Below, one piece after another: positions 38,206-49,325 of a stretch of 64,000 nucleotides of DNA. The DNA comes from Macrostomum lignano (Eukaryota), in assembly GCA_002269645.1 (NCBI GenBank), contig NIVC01002284.1, forward strand, positions 62,001-126,000, written 5' to 3'. Position numbers and translations under genes: made by a program. The notes below the pieces were generated by a model. It was not told the DNA's origin. It worked only from the letters and a program-made list of their open reading frames with translations, and did no database searches. Each line of letters starts with the position of its first letter. The first letter of the stretch is position 1.

Positions 38206-38247
38206 AATGGCCTTGGCATCTCGAATTGCAACTCTGGCTGCCCGCAG

Positions 38248-41100
38248 GTGCAAGAGTAGCCTGGTGAACTATCGCCAGGTGGCGGCCCACCTGCTGGCCA
38301 GCAACAACTTCGCCAAGTTCCCCAAGGACCTGCAGATCGGCATCCAGCTGGCCGCCAGGTCCCAGCAGAGCGGCGATCCCGACTCGCAGATTCGCCGAGC
38401 CGGCGAAGGCGAAATCAACGAAGAGGCGGCCGTCCCGCCGGAGGGCGTACAGGACGCGGTGTTCTTCATCTTCAACAACCTGAGCAAGATAAACATGAGC
38501 ACCAAGTCGGAAGAGCTGCGCAGAGCCGTCCCGGACGAGTTCATGCCCTGGCTCGGCCAGTACCTGGTGATGAAGCGAGTCACCACCGAGCCAAACTTCC
38601 ATCAGCTGTTCGTAGACCTGATGGACGCGCTGAATGTGCCCCGCCTGCGCGAGATCGTCCTGCAGCAGACCTTCCGCAGCATCCGCGCCCTGCTGCAGAA
38701 CATGCGCCCGGACCTCAACGACTACAACGATCGCTCGCTGCTGAAAAACATCGGGCACTTTCTGGGCCTGCTCACCCTAGCAAAGAACCGGCCAATCCTG
38801 TTTGACGACATGGACCTGAAGGGCCTGCTGTTGGAGGCCTATTGCAAGGGCCAGGTAGAGATGCACTACGCCGTGCCGTTCGTAGCCCGCACTCTGGAGG
38901 CCTGCTCCCTGAGCCCCGTGTTCCGGCCGCCCAGCCCCTGGACCATGGGCATCGTCCGTGTGCTCAAGGAGCTGCACATGGACAAGGCGGTGAAGAACTC
39001 GCTCAAATTCGAAGTGGAAATCCTGTGCAAGAAGCTGGAAATCAACTTTGACCAGCTTGATCCCGCCTACTACTTGCGCGATAGCGACCGAATCCGCCAG
39101 ATCGAAGTGGAGAACTGCCTTATCCGGGGCTCCGCTGCCGGCGCCCGCGGCTCTGCAGCCGCACCGTCCACCGCCGCTGAGCACGAGCAGCAGCTGCCGC
39201 CCAGGATGACCGCCCCAGCCGAGGAGTTCGAGCCGCAGCAGCCGCTGCCGCCGCCGTCCCAGCAGCAGCTGCCGCCTCAGATGCACCTCGACCCGTCAGC
39301 GTTGCAGCTCATGCAGCAGCAGGGCGGCATGAACCCGCCGCTGCCGAGGTTCAAGTGGACCGACATCGAAACCAGTCGACCGCTAAGCGCCTTCTTCAAC
39401 GTGAATCTCGGCCTCCCGCTGCTTCAGGCCAGCCCAGGCCTGGCCAGCGGCATCCGACAGACCCTGGAGCTCACAGTCGGCGAGCTGATGGAGCCTGTGG
39501 CTCAGCGCTGCGTTCGGATCGTCCTCGGCACCGTGGAGGGCGTCGTGCGCAAAGACTTTGCCCTGGACGACGACGAAAGCCACCTTAGGTCGGCGGCGCA
39601 CAACATGACCCGCTGCCTGACTGCCGGCATGGCCCTCATCACCTGCCGAGAGGCGCTGAGCGTCAACATGGAGACCAAGCTCAAGCAGCAGTTCATGCAG
39701 GGCCTTAGCTCTCCCACCGCCCATCAGCGCGAGTTGATCGAGGACGCCGCCCGCGTCATCGCCCAGGACAACTTCGAGCTGGGCACGGCCTACATACAGA
39801 AGGTGTGCGTTGAGAAGGCCCTGGTGCAGGTGGACGTGACCCTGGAGACCGAGTACCGGCTGCGCATCCACGCCCGGCAGGAGGGCAGGCGGTACTTCGA
39901 CCAGCAGCAGCTGAGCTACCAGAACGAGTTCATGCCGCCCCTGCTGCGCAAGGCCGTGGGGCCACCACCGCTCAACAGCCTGGCCGTGTACTCCGAGTAC
40001 GCCAACTGCGTTCCCGGCTTCGCCAGTGACGCTCCGCCCGCCGTTCCTCCGCCCATGCCGGCCATGGCCGCCGCCCAGCCTTCGCAGCCGCCTCAGCAGC
40101 CACCTCCGCAGGCGTCGCAGGTGGCCGCACCGGCGCAGCCGCAGCACCGCAACGAGGTTGCCCAGCTGTTCGACACCATCGTGGCCGAGGTTGAACGGCA
40201 GTCGCAGTACATCGCCAACTCGTCCAGCCTGGCTACGCCAACTTCAACAGCCGCGGCCGGTGCCGGCATCGGGGACAGCGCCCAGCTGGTGCAGCGCCTC
40301 CGCGTGCTGGTCGAGCGGGCCAAGCGTGCCAAGTCGTCCGCCAACGACGCTTACGCTAGCAAAGTGGTGGAGGCGGCCGTCCAGTCGCTGTTCCAGACGT
40401 TCCGGCGCCACCCAATGCAGGCGCAATTCCCCCAGGAGGTGCTGGAGCGCTACAAGGAGGCGCACACTGTGGTGCTCAGGCTGATGTACCAGCCCAAGCT
40501 CAGCGGCCTGGGCTACTCCAGCTGCATGAGTCACGTGGTGACGCAGATCTGGACGGACATGCCGGAGCCGCAGAAGTGGAATAGCGACGCCTTCATCGAG
40601 CTACTAAAGATTCACATCGTCAGTCTGCAGGCTGTGGACTCGCACCTGGCCAAGCAGATCCGGCAGAGCAACCTGCGAGCCCTGCGGTTTGTCATGGACC
40701 TGTTCCACGCGCTGGTGCTCAACGACAGCCGGGAGCAGACTGTGCTCAACGAGTGCGACCTCACCGGCACCATCGCGGTGATCGCCCATCTGATTGAGAA
40801 GTCTCCGCCAGATCACGTGCCCAGGGAGTACGTCCAGGTCTACCACCAGGTGCGCGGCCTGCTGGACTTTGGCCTGCTGGAGGCCCACCAGCAGCCCGCC
40901 ACCACCTATCTGTACAGCGGCTGCTCCCAGGCCAGGGAGTTCGACGATCCACACTGGCTGCAGGAGGCCAGCGAGAACCTCATGAAGAAGTGGTACACCA
41001 TGTACAGCACCCAGCGGGTGGTGGACCAGCGCGGGTTCAACACCTTCGTGAAGGATATGACGACGTTTGGAATACTAAAGACCGACGATATCATTACTAG
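38248..41100 (+). CDS. CNOT1: CNOT1 large exon (CAF1-binding MIF4G domain, DUF3819, start of the NOT1 C-terminal domain)
   Basis: PPEGVQDAVFFIFNNLS, YLVMKRVTTEPNFH, DRSLLKNIGHFLG.LTLAKNRPI, LKFEVEILCK, RKDFALD.DE, ALITCREAL, GILKTDDIITR; AG/GT boundaries, phase 2/2. Confidence 0.97.
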
Positions 41101-41136
41101 GTAAATCTGTGGCTTTATAATATGTACTCTTAAATA

Positions 41137-41545
41137 ATCTGAGATTCAGGATCTCATCTGCCCCATAGTCGCACCTGAGATTCAGATCTGCCCCCATAAT
41201 CTGCATCTGAGATTCAGGATCTCATGTCTGCCACATAATCTGCATCTGAGATTCAGGATCTCATGTCTGCCACATTATCTGCATCTGAGATTCAGGATCT
41301 CATGTCTGCCCCATAATCTGCATCTGAGATTCAGAATCTCATGTCTGCCCCATAATCTGCATCTGAGATTCAGGATCTCATGTCTGCCCCATAATCTGCA
41401 TCTGAGATTCAGGATCTCATGTCTGCCCCATCATCTGCATCTGAGATTCAGGATCTCATGTCTGCCACATCATCTGCATCTGAGATTCAGGATCTCATGT
41501 CTGCCACATAATCTGCATCTGAGATTCAGGATCTCATGTCTGTCC
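41137..41545. repeat. 39-bp intronic minisatellite CTGCATCTGAGATTCAGGATCTCATGTCTGCCCCATAAT
   Basis: Direct periodicity. Confidence 0.92.
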
Positions 41546-41672
41546 CGTAGTCTGCACTTGGGATACAAAACCATCAACTTCAAAGCGTTCCTCATTAGAC
41601 TGCCAAACTTAGACTTGCTTAATTCAGCCATATCCTCCCCGAATCACTGCTCCACCCCTCCCACCGCTGCAG

Positions 41673-42150
41673 GTTCTTCCGGCTGACCACCGACTACGTG
41701 ATGGAGCACTGCTTCCGCGCTCTGCTCAAGTCCGGTCAGGAGGTCCTTGGCAACCGGGTCAGCTGCTATCAGGAGCTGGACGCCTACATCCGCCTCATCG
41801 CCGTGATGGTGAAGCACAGCGGCGAGCATGGGGCCGCCGCAGACATAGAGAGACAGCGAGAGCGCGAGGGCAGCGCCAGCACGAAGATCAACCTGCTGAA
41901 CAAAATCCTCGGCATCATTTCCGGCACCCTGCTGCAGGAGCAGGACATCCGGTCTGACCGGTTCCACCCGATGCCCTTCCAGCGGATCTTCATCCTTCTG
42001 TTCAGCGAGCTGCTCTCCCCGGCCACCGCCGATGCTGACAGCCCGCAGATCAACACCCTGACCACCTTGACCGTCCCCATGCTGGCGGCCTTCGCCAATG
42101 CGCTGCACATCGTCAGGCCTGCCAAGGCGCCGTCCTTCACCTACAGCTGG
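41673..42150 (+). CDS. CNOT1: CNOT1 exon
   Basis: RFFRL..LDAYIRLIA.MVKHSG..KINLLNKILGII..F..PFQRIF..P.KAPSF.YSW; phase 2/0. Confidence 0.95.
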
Positions 42151-42214
42151 GTAAGGCGCTTGCTTTATGGCTTCTTCACTGACACCGGCCGTTTTGCGTT
42201 CTCTGGCCGCCGCC

Positions 42215-42500
42215 AGATCCTCAGTTGCTGGGCCACCGCCACCTCACTCCCAGATCCTCAGTTGCTGGGCCACCGCCACCTCACTCCCAGATCCTCAGTT
42301 GCTGGGCCACCGCCACCTCACTCCCAGATCCTCAGCTGCTAGGCCACGGCCACCTCACTCCCAGATCCTCAGCTGTTGGGCCACCGCCACCTCACTCCCA
42401 GATCCTCAGCTGTTGGGCCACCGCCACCTCACTCCCAGATCCTCAGTTGCTAAGCCATCGCCACTTCACTCCCAGATCCTCGCTGGGCCACTGCCCCCCC
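42215..42500. repeat. 37-bp intronic minisatellite CAGATCCTCAGTTGCTGGGCCACCGCCACCTCACTCC
   Basis: Direct periodicity. Confidence 0.9.
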
Positions 42501-42606
42501 CCCCCTCCCAGATCCCCTAATGACTTTGCCACCCTCTTGGGTCGCGTATCAGTTTCCCAGTGCCAGCACCGCATCCTCACCAGCGCCCCAACCTGCGCAC
42601 CCCCAG

Positions 42607-43409
42607 GTGGAGTGCATCTCGCACCGGTCCGTGCTGTCCAAGTACCTCGGCAACCAGGCGGCCTGGTCCATGTACGCCCAGCTGCTGGTGGACCTTCTGA
42701 AGTTTATCGCGCCATTCCTGGCCACCGCCAACTTCATCAAGACTGTGCACCTGCTGTACCGCGGCACCCTGCGCCTCATCCTGGTGCTGCTGCACGATTT
42801 CCCGGACTTCATCAGCGAGTATCACCATGCCCTGTGCGACGTGATCCCCGCCAACTGCATCCAGCTCCGCAACCTCGTCCTGTCCGCCTTTCCCAAGTTC
42901 GTGCAGCTGCTGGACCCCATCCAGAGCCCGGCCTCGCAGTGCTGCGCCCTGCCGGAGATGCAGCAGGAGCCGCGCGGCTCCTTCGCCGGCCTGGAGACCA
43001 ACATCCCCGCCAAGCTGCGCGAGGAGGTTGACGGCTTCCTGGCCACGCGGAAGCCGGTGCAGTTCCTCACGGACGTGCAAAGCCGCATCCGGGCTGACGA
43101 CGGCGAGGAGGGCCGGCGCTACCACGTCGAGCTCACCAACGCGCTGGTGCTGTACGTCGGCAGGCGGGCCGTCAAGCGGATCAACGAGAGCGGCAACTCG
43201 CTGCAGCCGTACAACATGACTCACTGCGTTGAGACCGAGACCCTGCAGGCTCTGGTCATGCTGTGCTGTACCGAGGGCCGCTACCTGCTGCTCAACGCCA
43301 TGGCCAATCAGCTGCGCTATCCGAACTCGCACACCTTCTACTTCAATCAGATCCTGTTGTTCTTCTTCCGCGAGAGCAACAACGAGCAGATTAAGGAGCA
43401 GATTACCAG
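42607..43409 (+). CDS. CNOT1: CNOT1 exon (NOT1 C-terminal domain)
   Basis: LYRGTLRLILVLLHDFPDF, CDVIPANCIQLRNLVLSAFP, EGRYLLLNAMANQLRYPNSHT, EQITR; phase 0/2. Confidence 0.97.
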
Positions 43410-43489
43410 GTGATTACATAACTTGATTAAAAACCCAAATGGTGTTCAGTTGATAAACTGTTTAATGGTTTCGTTTGCTAGCAGAACCA

Positions 43490-43640
43490 AGGGTGTTACA
43501 GAAGGATCCTAGGGTGTTACAGAAGGATCATAGGCCCTAGGGTGTTACAGAAGGATCATAGGCCCTAGGGTGTTACAGAAGAATCATAGGCCCTATGGTG
43601 TTACAGAAAAATCATAGGCCCTAGGGGTGTTACAAGAGGA
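43490..43640. repeat. ~28-bp short intronic array GGCCCTAGGGTGTTACAGAAGGATCATA
   Basis: About five copies seen directly. Confidence 0.85.
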
Positions 43641-43776
43641 TTCTATGGTGTCAGAAAAGGCTGCAAGGGGAAACGTGGGGCAGCCACAGTAAGTAAAACT
43701 AAAGCTGGAATCACTAAATGGCATCCTTCAGCTGATTTCAATCTCGAGCCCGCCTTCCCCCCCCCCCGAACCGCAG

Positions 43777-43911
43777 GGTGCTGCTGGAGCGCCTGATCGT
43801 GAACCGGCCGCATCCGTGGGGTCTCCTGCTGACCTTCACCGAGCTGCTGAAGAATCCCAGCTACAAGTTCTGGGATCACGAGTTCGTGCGCTGCTCGCCG
43901 AGCATTGAAAA
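43777..43911 (+). CDS. CNOT1: CNOT1 exon
   Basis: [46 protein letters not shown]; not in the ORF track; phase 2/2. Confidence 0.97.
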
Positions 43912-43947
43912 GTGAGTCAGCTATCGGAGCTTGAAATTTGTTATTTT

Positions 43948-44470
43948 GCCTGTGTCACAGGGCTATTCACCTGGGCCTGTGTGTCACAGGGCTATTCACC
44001 TGGGCCTGTGTGTCACAGGGCTATTCACCTGGGCCTGTGTGTCACAGGGCTATTCACCTGGGCCTGTGTGTCACAGGGCTATTCACCTGGGCCTGTGTGT
44101 CACAGGGCTATTCACCTGGGCCTGTGTGTCACAGGGCTATTCACCTGGGCCTGTGTGTCACAAGGCTATTCACCTGGGCCTGTGTGTCACAAGGCTATTC
44201 ACCTGGGCCTGTGTGTCACAAGGCTATTCACCTGGGCCTGTGTGTCACAGGGCTATTCACCTGGGCCTGTGTGTCACAAGGCTATTCACCTGGGCCTGTG
44301 TGTCACAAGGCTATTCACCTGGGCCTGTGTGTCACAAGGCTATTCACCTGGGCCTGTGTGTCACAAGGCTATTCACCTGGGCCTGTGTGTCACAAGGCTA
44401 TTCACCTGGGCCTGTGTGTCACAAGGCTATTCACCTGGGCCTGTGTGTCACAGGGCTATTCACCTGGGCT
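43948..44470. repeat. 29-bp intronic minisatellite TGTGTCACAGGGCTATTCACCTGGGCCTG
   Basis: Direct periodicity. Confidence 0.95.
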
Positions 44471-45144
44471 CTTGTGGCCTGAAAACTGATTAATAATCTT
44501 GCCACATACTGCAATCACTGCTGGCCATTGCGCTTTCCCCGGGCCCGCTGCGTCAGCCATAAAAGCCTGTCCTAATTGGTTGGCTAAACTAATTGGATTG
44601 AAAACCTAATCAAATCGGTGCGGGACCCAAGTGTAGCTGCGATGAAGGCGAGCTGGGATTCTGTGCAGGGCTTGTCAGTCTCTGGGCAGCACTGTTTATT
44701 CGGCCGCAATCTGGGCTTCGAGCGGCGCATTGTCTGCGTGTCCCCAGCTGTCCCGGCTGCTCCGGCCAATAATCTGGCCAAATTGCATCGTAAAAACATT
44801 ATATTTCTGCTTCAAGGAAACACTGCTATCGCTTGCTTGCGTCCATAGACCTGCCGCTGTGCCACTTTCAGTTTCCTGGCTGGGCTGGGGGGGCAGCTCA
44901 GTAATGGCGATAATAATGAGAATGCTCAAGCACTGAGCAGCTTTCCGTGTGTGTACCCCCTGTGAATGCCCACTTTATTTCCCTTTTCTCATAATTTTCA
45001 TTCTCTTCATTCCTTATTTGATTCGATAATGAACTGTGCCTCTCCGGCCAAAATAACACCTGGGGGCTTTGCTAATTACATGACTACTGTGCTCACATTG
45101 AGAATTTGTCCACATTGTTTGCATTTTCTCGGCGTGGATTCGAA

Positions 45145-46397
45145 GTCCGGGATCTGAGGGTTGAGACTGCACCTGGGAATCTGGGAGTTGAGACTGCATC
45201 TGGGGATCTGAGGGTTGAGACTGCACCTGGGAATCTGGGGGTTGAGACTGCATCTGGGAATCTGGGGGTTGAGACTGCATCTGGGGATCTGGGGGTTGAG
45301 ACTGCACCTGGGAATCTGGGGGTTGAGACTGCACCTGGGAATCTGGGGGTTGAGACTGCACCTGGGAATCTGGGGGTTGAGACTGCACCTGGGAATCTGG
45401 GGGTTGAGACTGCACCTGGGAATCTGGGAGTTGAGACTGCACCTGGGAATCTGGGGGTTGAGACTGCACCTGGGAATCTGGGAGTTGAGACTGCACCTGG
45501 GAATCTGGGAGTTGAGACTGCACCTGGGAATCTGGGAGTTGAGACTGCATCTGGGGATCTGGGGGTTGAGACTGCATCTGGGGATCTGGGGGTTGAGACT
45601 GCATCAGGGGATCTGGGGGTTGAGACTGCATCTGGGGATCTGGGGGTTGAGACTGCATCTGGGGATCTGGGGGTTGAGACTGCATCTGGGGATCTGGGGG
45701 TTGAGACTGCATCTGGGGATCTGGGGGTTGAGACTGCATCTGGGGATCTGGGGGTTGAGACTGCACCTGGGAATCTGGGGGTTGAGACTGCACCTGGGAA
45801 TCTGGGAGTTGAGACTGCACCTGGGAATCTGGGAGTTGAGACTGCATCTGGGAATCTGGGGGTTGAGACTGCACCTGGGAATCTGGGGGTTGAGACTGCA
45901 CCTGGGAATCTGGGGGTTGAGACTGCACCTGGGAATCTGGGGGTTGAGACTGCACCTGGGAATCTGGGGTTGAGACTGCACCTGGGAATCTGGGAGTTGA
46001 GACTGCACCTGGGAATCTGGGGTTGAGACTGCACCTGGGAATCTGGGAGTTGAGACTGCACCTGGGAATCTGGGAGTTGAGACTGCACCTGGGAATCTGG
46101 GAGTTGAGACTGCATCTGGGGATCTGGGGGTTGAGACTGCATCTGGGGATCTGGGGGTTGAGACTGCATCAGGGGATCTGGGGGTTGAGACTGCATCTGG
46201 GGATCTGGGGGTTGAGACTGCATCTGGGGATCTGGGGGTTGAGACTGCATCTGGGGATCTGGGGGTTGAGACTGCATCTGGGGATCTGGGGGTTGAGACT
46301 GCATCTGGGGATCAGGGGGTTGAGACTGCATCTGGGGATCTGGGGGTTGAGACTGCATCAGGGGATCTGGGGGTTGAGACTGCATCAGGGGATCAGG
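45145..46397. repeat. 27-bp intronic minisatellite GAGACTGCA[C/T]CTGGG[A/G]ATCTGGGGGTT
   Basis: Direct periodicity, with alternating blocks of two variants. Confidence 0.95.
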
Positions 46398-46668
46398 GGA
46401 TAATAATCCCTGACTTGAGTAGCTTATCCCCCAATCAGTTGGCCTAAGGTGTCGCTTCTGTCACACGAAACATTGTTAAGAGCCTCGTTTGATGGAGTGC
46501 AAAGTTGCCTGACAGGCTGTCAGATTGAGCTGTGAAGGGATCGAGAACTTGGGATTTCTTTCCCGCCTACGTAATCCCCATTACCTTATTTGCGGCTCCA
46601 TTAAGTGCATTCTTTGACCATGAGCATCGGTTGATGACGCCACAATCTCCCCTTCATTCGCCCCGCAG

Positions 46669-46870
46669 ACTCCTGGAGTCCGTGGCCCGCTCTTGCGTTC
46701 CCGGCTTCCGGCTGCCTCCGCCGACACCGCTGCCCTTGACTGCCTCGGCCAGCGTCGCAGCCGCAGCCGCTGTCACCTCCTCGGCCGCTGGCGGAGTGCC
46801 GACCTCGGCCACCGGAGCGGCCTCGATGGCCAACGGGCCGCCGCCGGTGTCCGCCATCAACTCGCAGTGA
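46669..46870 (+). CDS. CNOT1: CNOT1 last coding exon
   Basis: K|LLESVARSC corresponds to the conserved KLFQSVAQCC; AG at 46667-46668; TGA ends at 46870. Confidence 0.9.
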
Positions 46871-47504
46871 GCAGCGGCCAAGAGCAGAAGACACTCGAGC
46901 TGACTCTAAGTTGCACCCCCCGTGTTTTTGCTGCCGTCTCCCCTGCTAACAATTCGCCGTCTGTGCCGTTCCGACTGTCCTGTTTGATTTTGCACCTGCA
47001 CAGAGCCTGCAACTCTGCTTGTTATAATCTGCCGATTTTTATCCCATTGTTGAGAATCCGTGAAGCAGCTGCAATCCGCATATCAGCGCGCCCCCTCCCA
47101 ATTTCTTTTCTTCTCGACAGTCTCTGGCGCCCTCCGTTCCGTTGTTAAGGCGCCCGCCCTGTGCTGCGAATTGAACTTAGAAAATTCCTCTATAAATTCC
47201 CCGCATTGGCAATTGTTTTTTAATCTGCGCGACACCCCTTAGCACTGTCAGGCCTTGTGTTATAAACCGCGTCTCCCCCCTGTTCATTTTTGCTCTCTTC
47301 ATTTTTATCGCGCAAAACCCATTGCTGCGGGCGCCGTCCCGCTCTGCATTCGCCGGCCCCGCTGCTCTCTCTATAAATTTGCCCCCCTGGCAGCGCGCTG
47401 TGTTCGCACAAGCAGACTAATTACTACTATATCCATTACTCTCGCTATTTACTATACTACTATTATTATTACTGTTATACAGCGCTCGGACGGTTCTTTT
47501 CTTT

Positions 47505-47510
47505 AATAAA
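47505..47510 (+). terminator. Candidate CNOT1 polyadenylation signal AATAAA
   Basis: First clear AATAAA about 630 nt after the stop, in a T-rich context. Confidence 0.45.
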
Positions 47511-47964
47511 CTTCGTCTTTAAGTAGCCGCCCGCGTCAACCAGCTCTGATCTCCCCACCTTGCTATGCTATAATTACTGCTGTAGGCTTGCTGTTGTCAA
47601 CCCTGCCGCCCCCGCCATGCTGACTGTCACTCTCCATCTGGCACTCCGCCTGTCACCCTCCAACTGTCGATCTCGCATTGCATTGCTGTTGTTGAGGCGC
47701 TCAGCGGCGCGATGCTGAAAGCTCAGGGTCCTACTGGCCAGCGAGCGAAACTCCGAGGGATTTCAGATGCGAGACTGGCTGCCGGCTGGCGGTCTGCGGC
47801 AAAATACATTTTCAAAGACGCAAAAAAACTAATATAAGCTGCCTCGGGCCCGCCAACCAGTTGAAAAATGTGCATTTTGGCTTCTCTGCCTTCCACTGTG
47901 TTTCCTGATTTTCGATTCAGCTCGGGTTTTCAATTCACTTCGGTTGGAAGGTTGGTTTCTTACA

Positions 47965-48535
47965 CCTTACACCAAATCGGTCTCAGGACCCGCTCCTTAC
48001 ACCAAATCGGTCTCAGGACCCGCTCCTTACACAAAATCGGTCTCAGGACCCGCTCCTTACACAAAATCGGTCTCAGGACCCGCTCCTTACACAAAATCGG
48101 TCTCAGGACCCGCTCCTTACACCAAATCGGCTTCAGGACCCGCTCCTTACACAAAATCGGCCTCAGGACCCGCTCCTTACACAAAATCGGCCTCAGGACC
48201 CGCTCCTTACACAAAATCGGTCTCAGGACCCGCTCCTTACACAAAATCGGTCTCAGGACCCGCTCCTTACACCAAATCGGCTTCAGGACCCGCTCCTTAC
48301 ACCAAATCGGCTTCAGGACCCGCTCCTTACACCAAATCGGCTTCAGGACCCGCTCCTTACACAAAATCGGCCTCAGGACCCGCTCCTTACACAAAATCGG
48401 CCTCAGGACCCGCTCCTTACACCAAATCGGCTTCAGGACCCGCTCCTTACACCAAATCGGCCTCAGGACCCGCTCCTTACACAAAATCGGCCTCAGGACC
48501 CGCTCCTTACACCAAATCGCACTCAGAACCCGCTC
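47965..48535. repeat. 30-bp minisatellite TCAGGACCCGCTCCTTACAC[A/C]AAATCGG[T/C][C/T]
   Basis: Direct periodicity. Confidence 0.93.
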
Positions 48536-49225
48536 TGCATGGCATCATCGTATGCTTCCTTGGAAAAGCATATTGCATTTTTTGACCATTCGATTCTTGC
48601 GAAAACTTTGATTTCATTCGTTATGAGACTTTCTCTGTTTGATAATGTCCAAATTGACTGCCTGGCGGCCTCAAAGAGATGAGGAAAAAGCAGCTGTAAA
48701 AAGAATCGCACACGTGTCAGTCCAATGCATTTCGCCCTGGGTGGTTGTATTTAATCGTGGCGTGAAAAACACGAACTAACTTCACTGATGCTGAGCCTTT
48801 TGATGTGGTCTGGTTGCTTTTGCATTTGCCTTCTCTGCTCATTTTCCTTGACGCTTGCCGCCATCGCTTTGAGTCTCCCCTGCATCTATATTGAGCATTA
48901 GCGACTGGTCCTATATCAGCCCAACGTCATATCCCATCTCACATCCCATCCCCAAATCCCATCTCACCATATTCTCATATCCTATCTCAAATCCCATTCC
49001 CATGTCTCATCTTATCCCATTCCCTTATCCCATCTCACATCCCATTCCAATATCTTATCCCGCATCCTATTCTGATCTCACATCCCGTTCCCATGTCTCA
49101 TCTCGCATTCCATTCCCATGTCTCATCTCCTCCCAACAGCTAAACTCCCCCCCCTTGGCGCGGCGCGGCTGGCTGGGTGTAAAATTGCAGGAATGTGGCT
49201 GTCAGTGGCAGTCAGGGATTGCGAT

Positions 49226-49325
49226 TACTTCGGCCGAGCACCGAAGACGATCCGGCAGCTGCTGGCCAAGTGGCAACGCACCAGCACGGTCGCTCATGGC
49301 AACTCTGGCCGACTTCGTAGGCCGG
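49226..49325 (+). pseudogene. Possible Tc1/mariner N-terminal HTH remnant
   Basis: YFGRAPKTIRQLLAKWQRTSTVAHGNSGRLRR resembles the FG.S..TV.....K...TG.V....SGR.R pattern. Short and isolated. Confidence 0.3.

Noticed and set aside
34353-48611. Repeat ORFs at 34353-35965 (5' part), 37056-38231, 43912-44493, 45014-46403 and 47868-48611
   Set aside because: All but the last lie in CNOT1 introns defined by GT-AG sites and protein continuity; all are open in multiple frames. Unlike the FDPLMM array, they have no dibasic-site pattern or linked signal exon.
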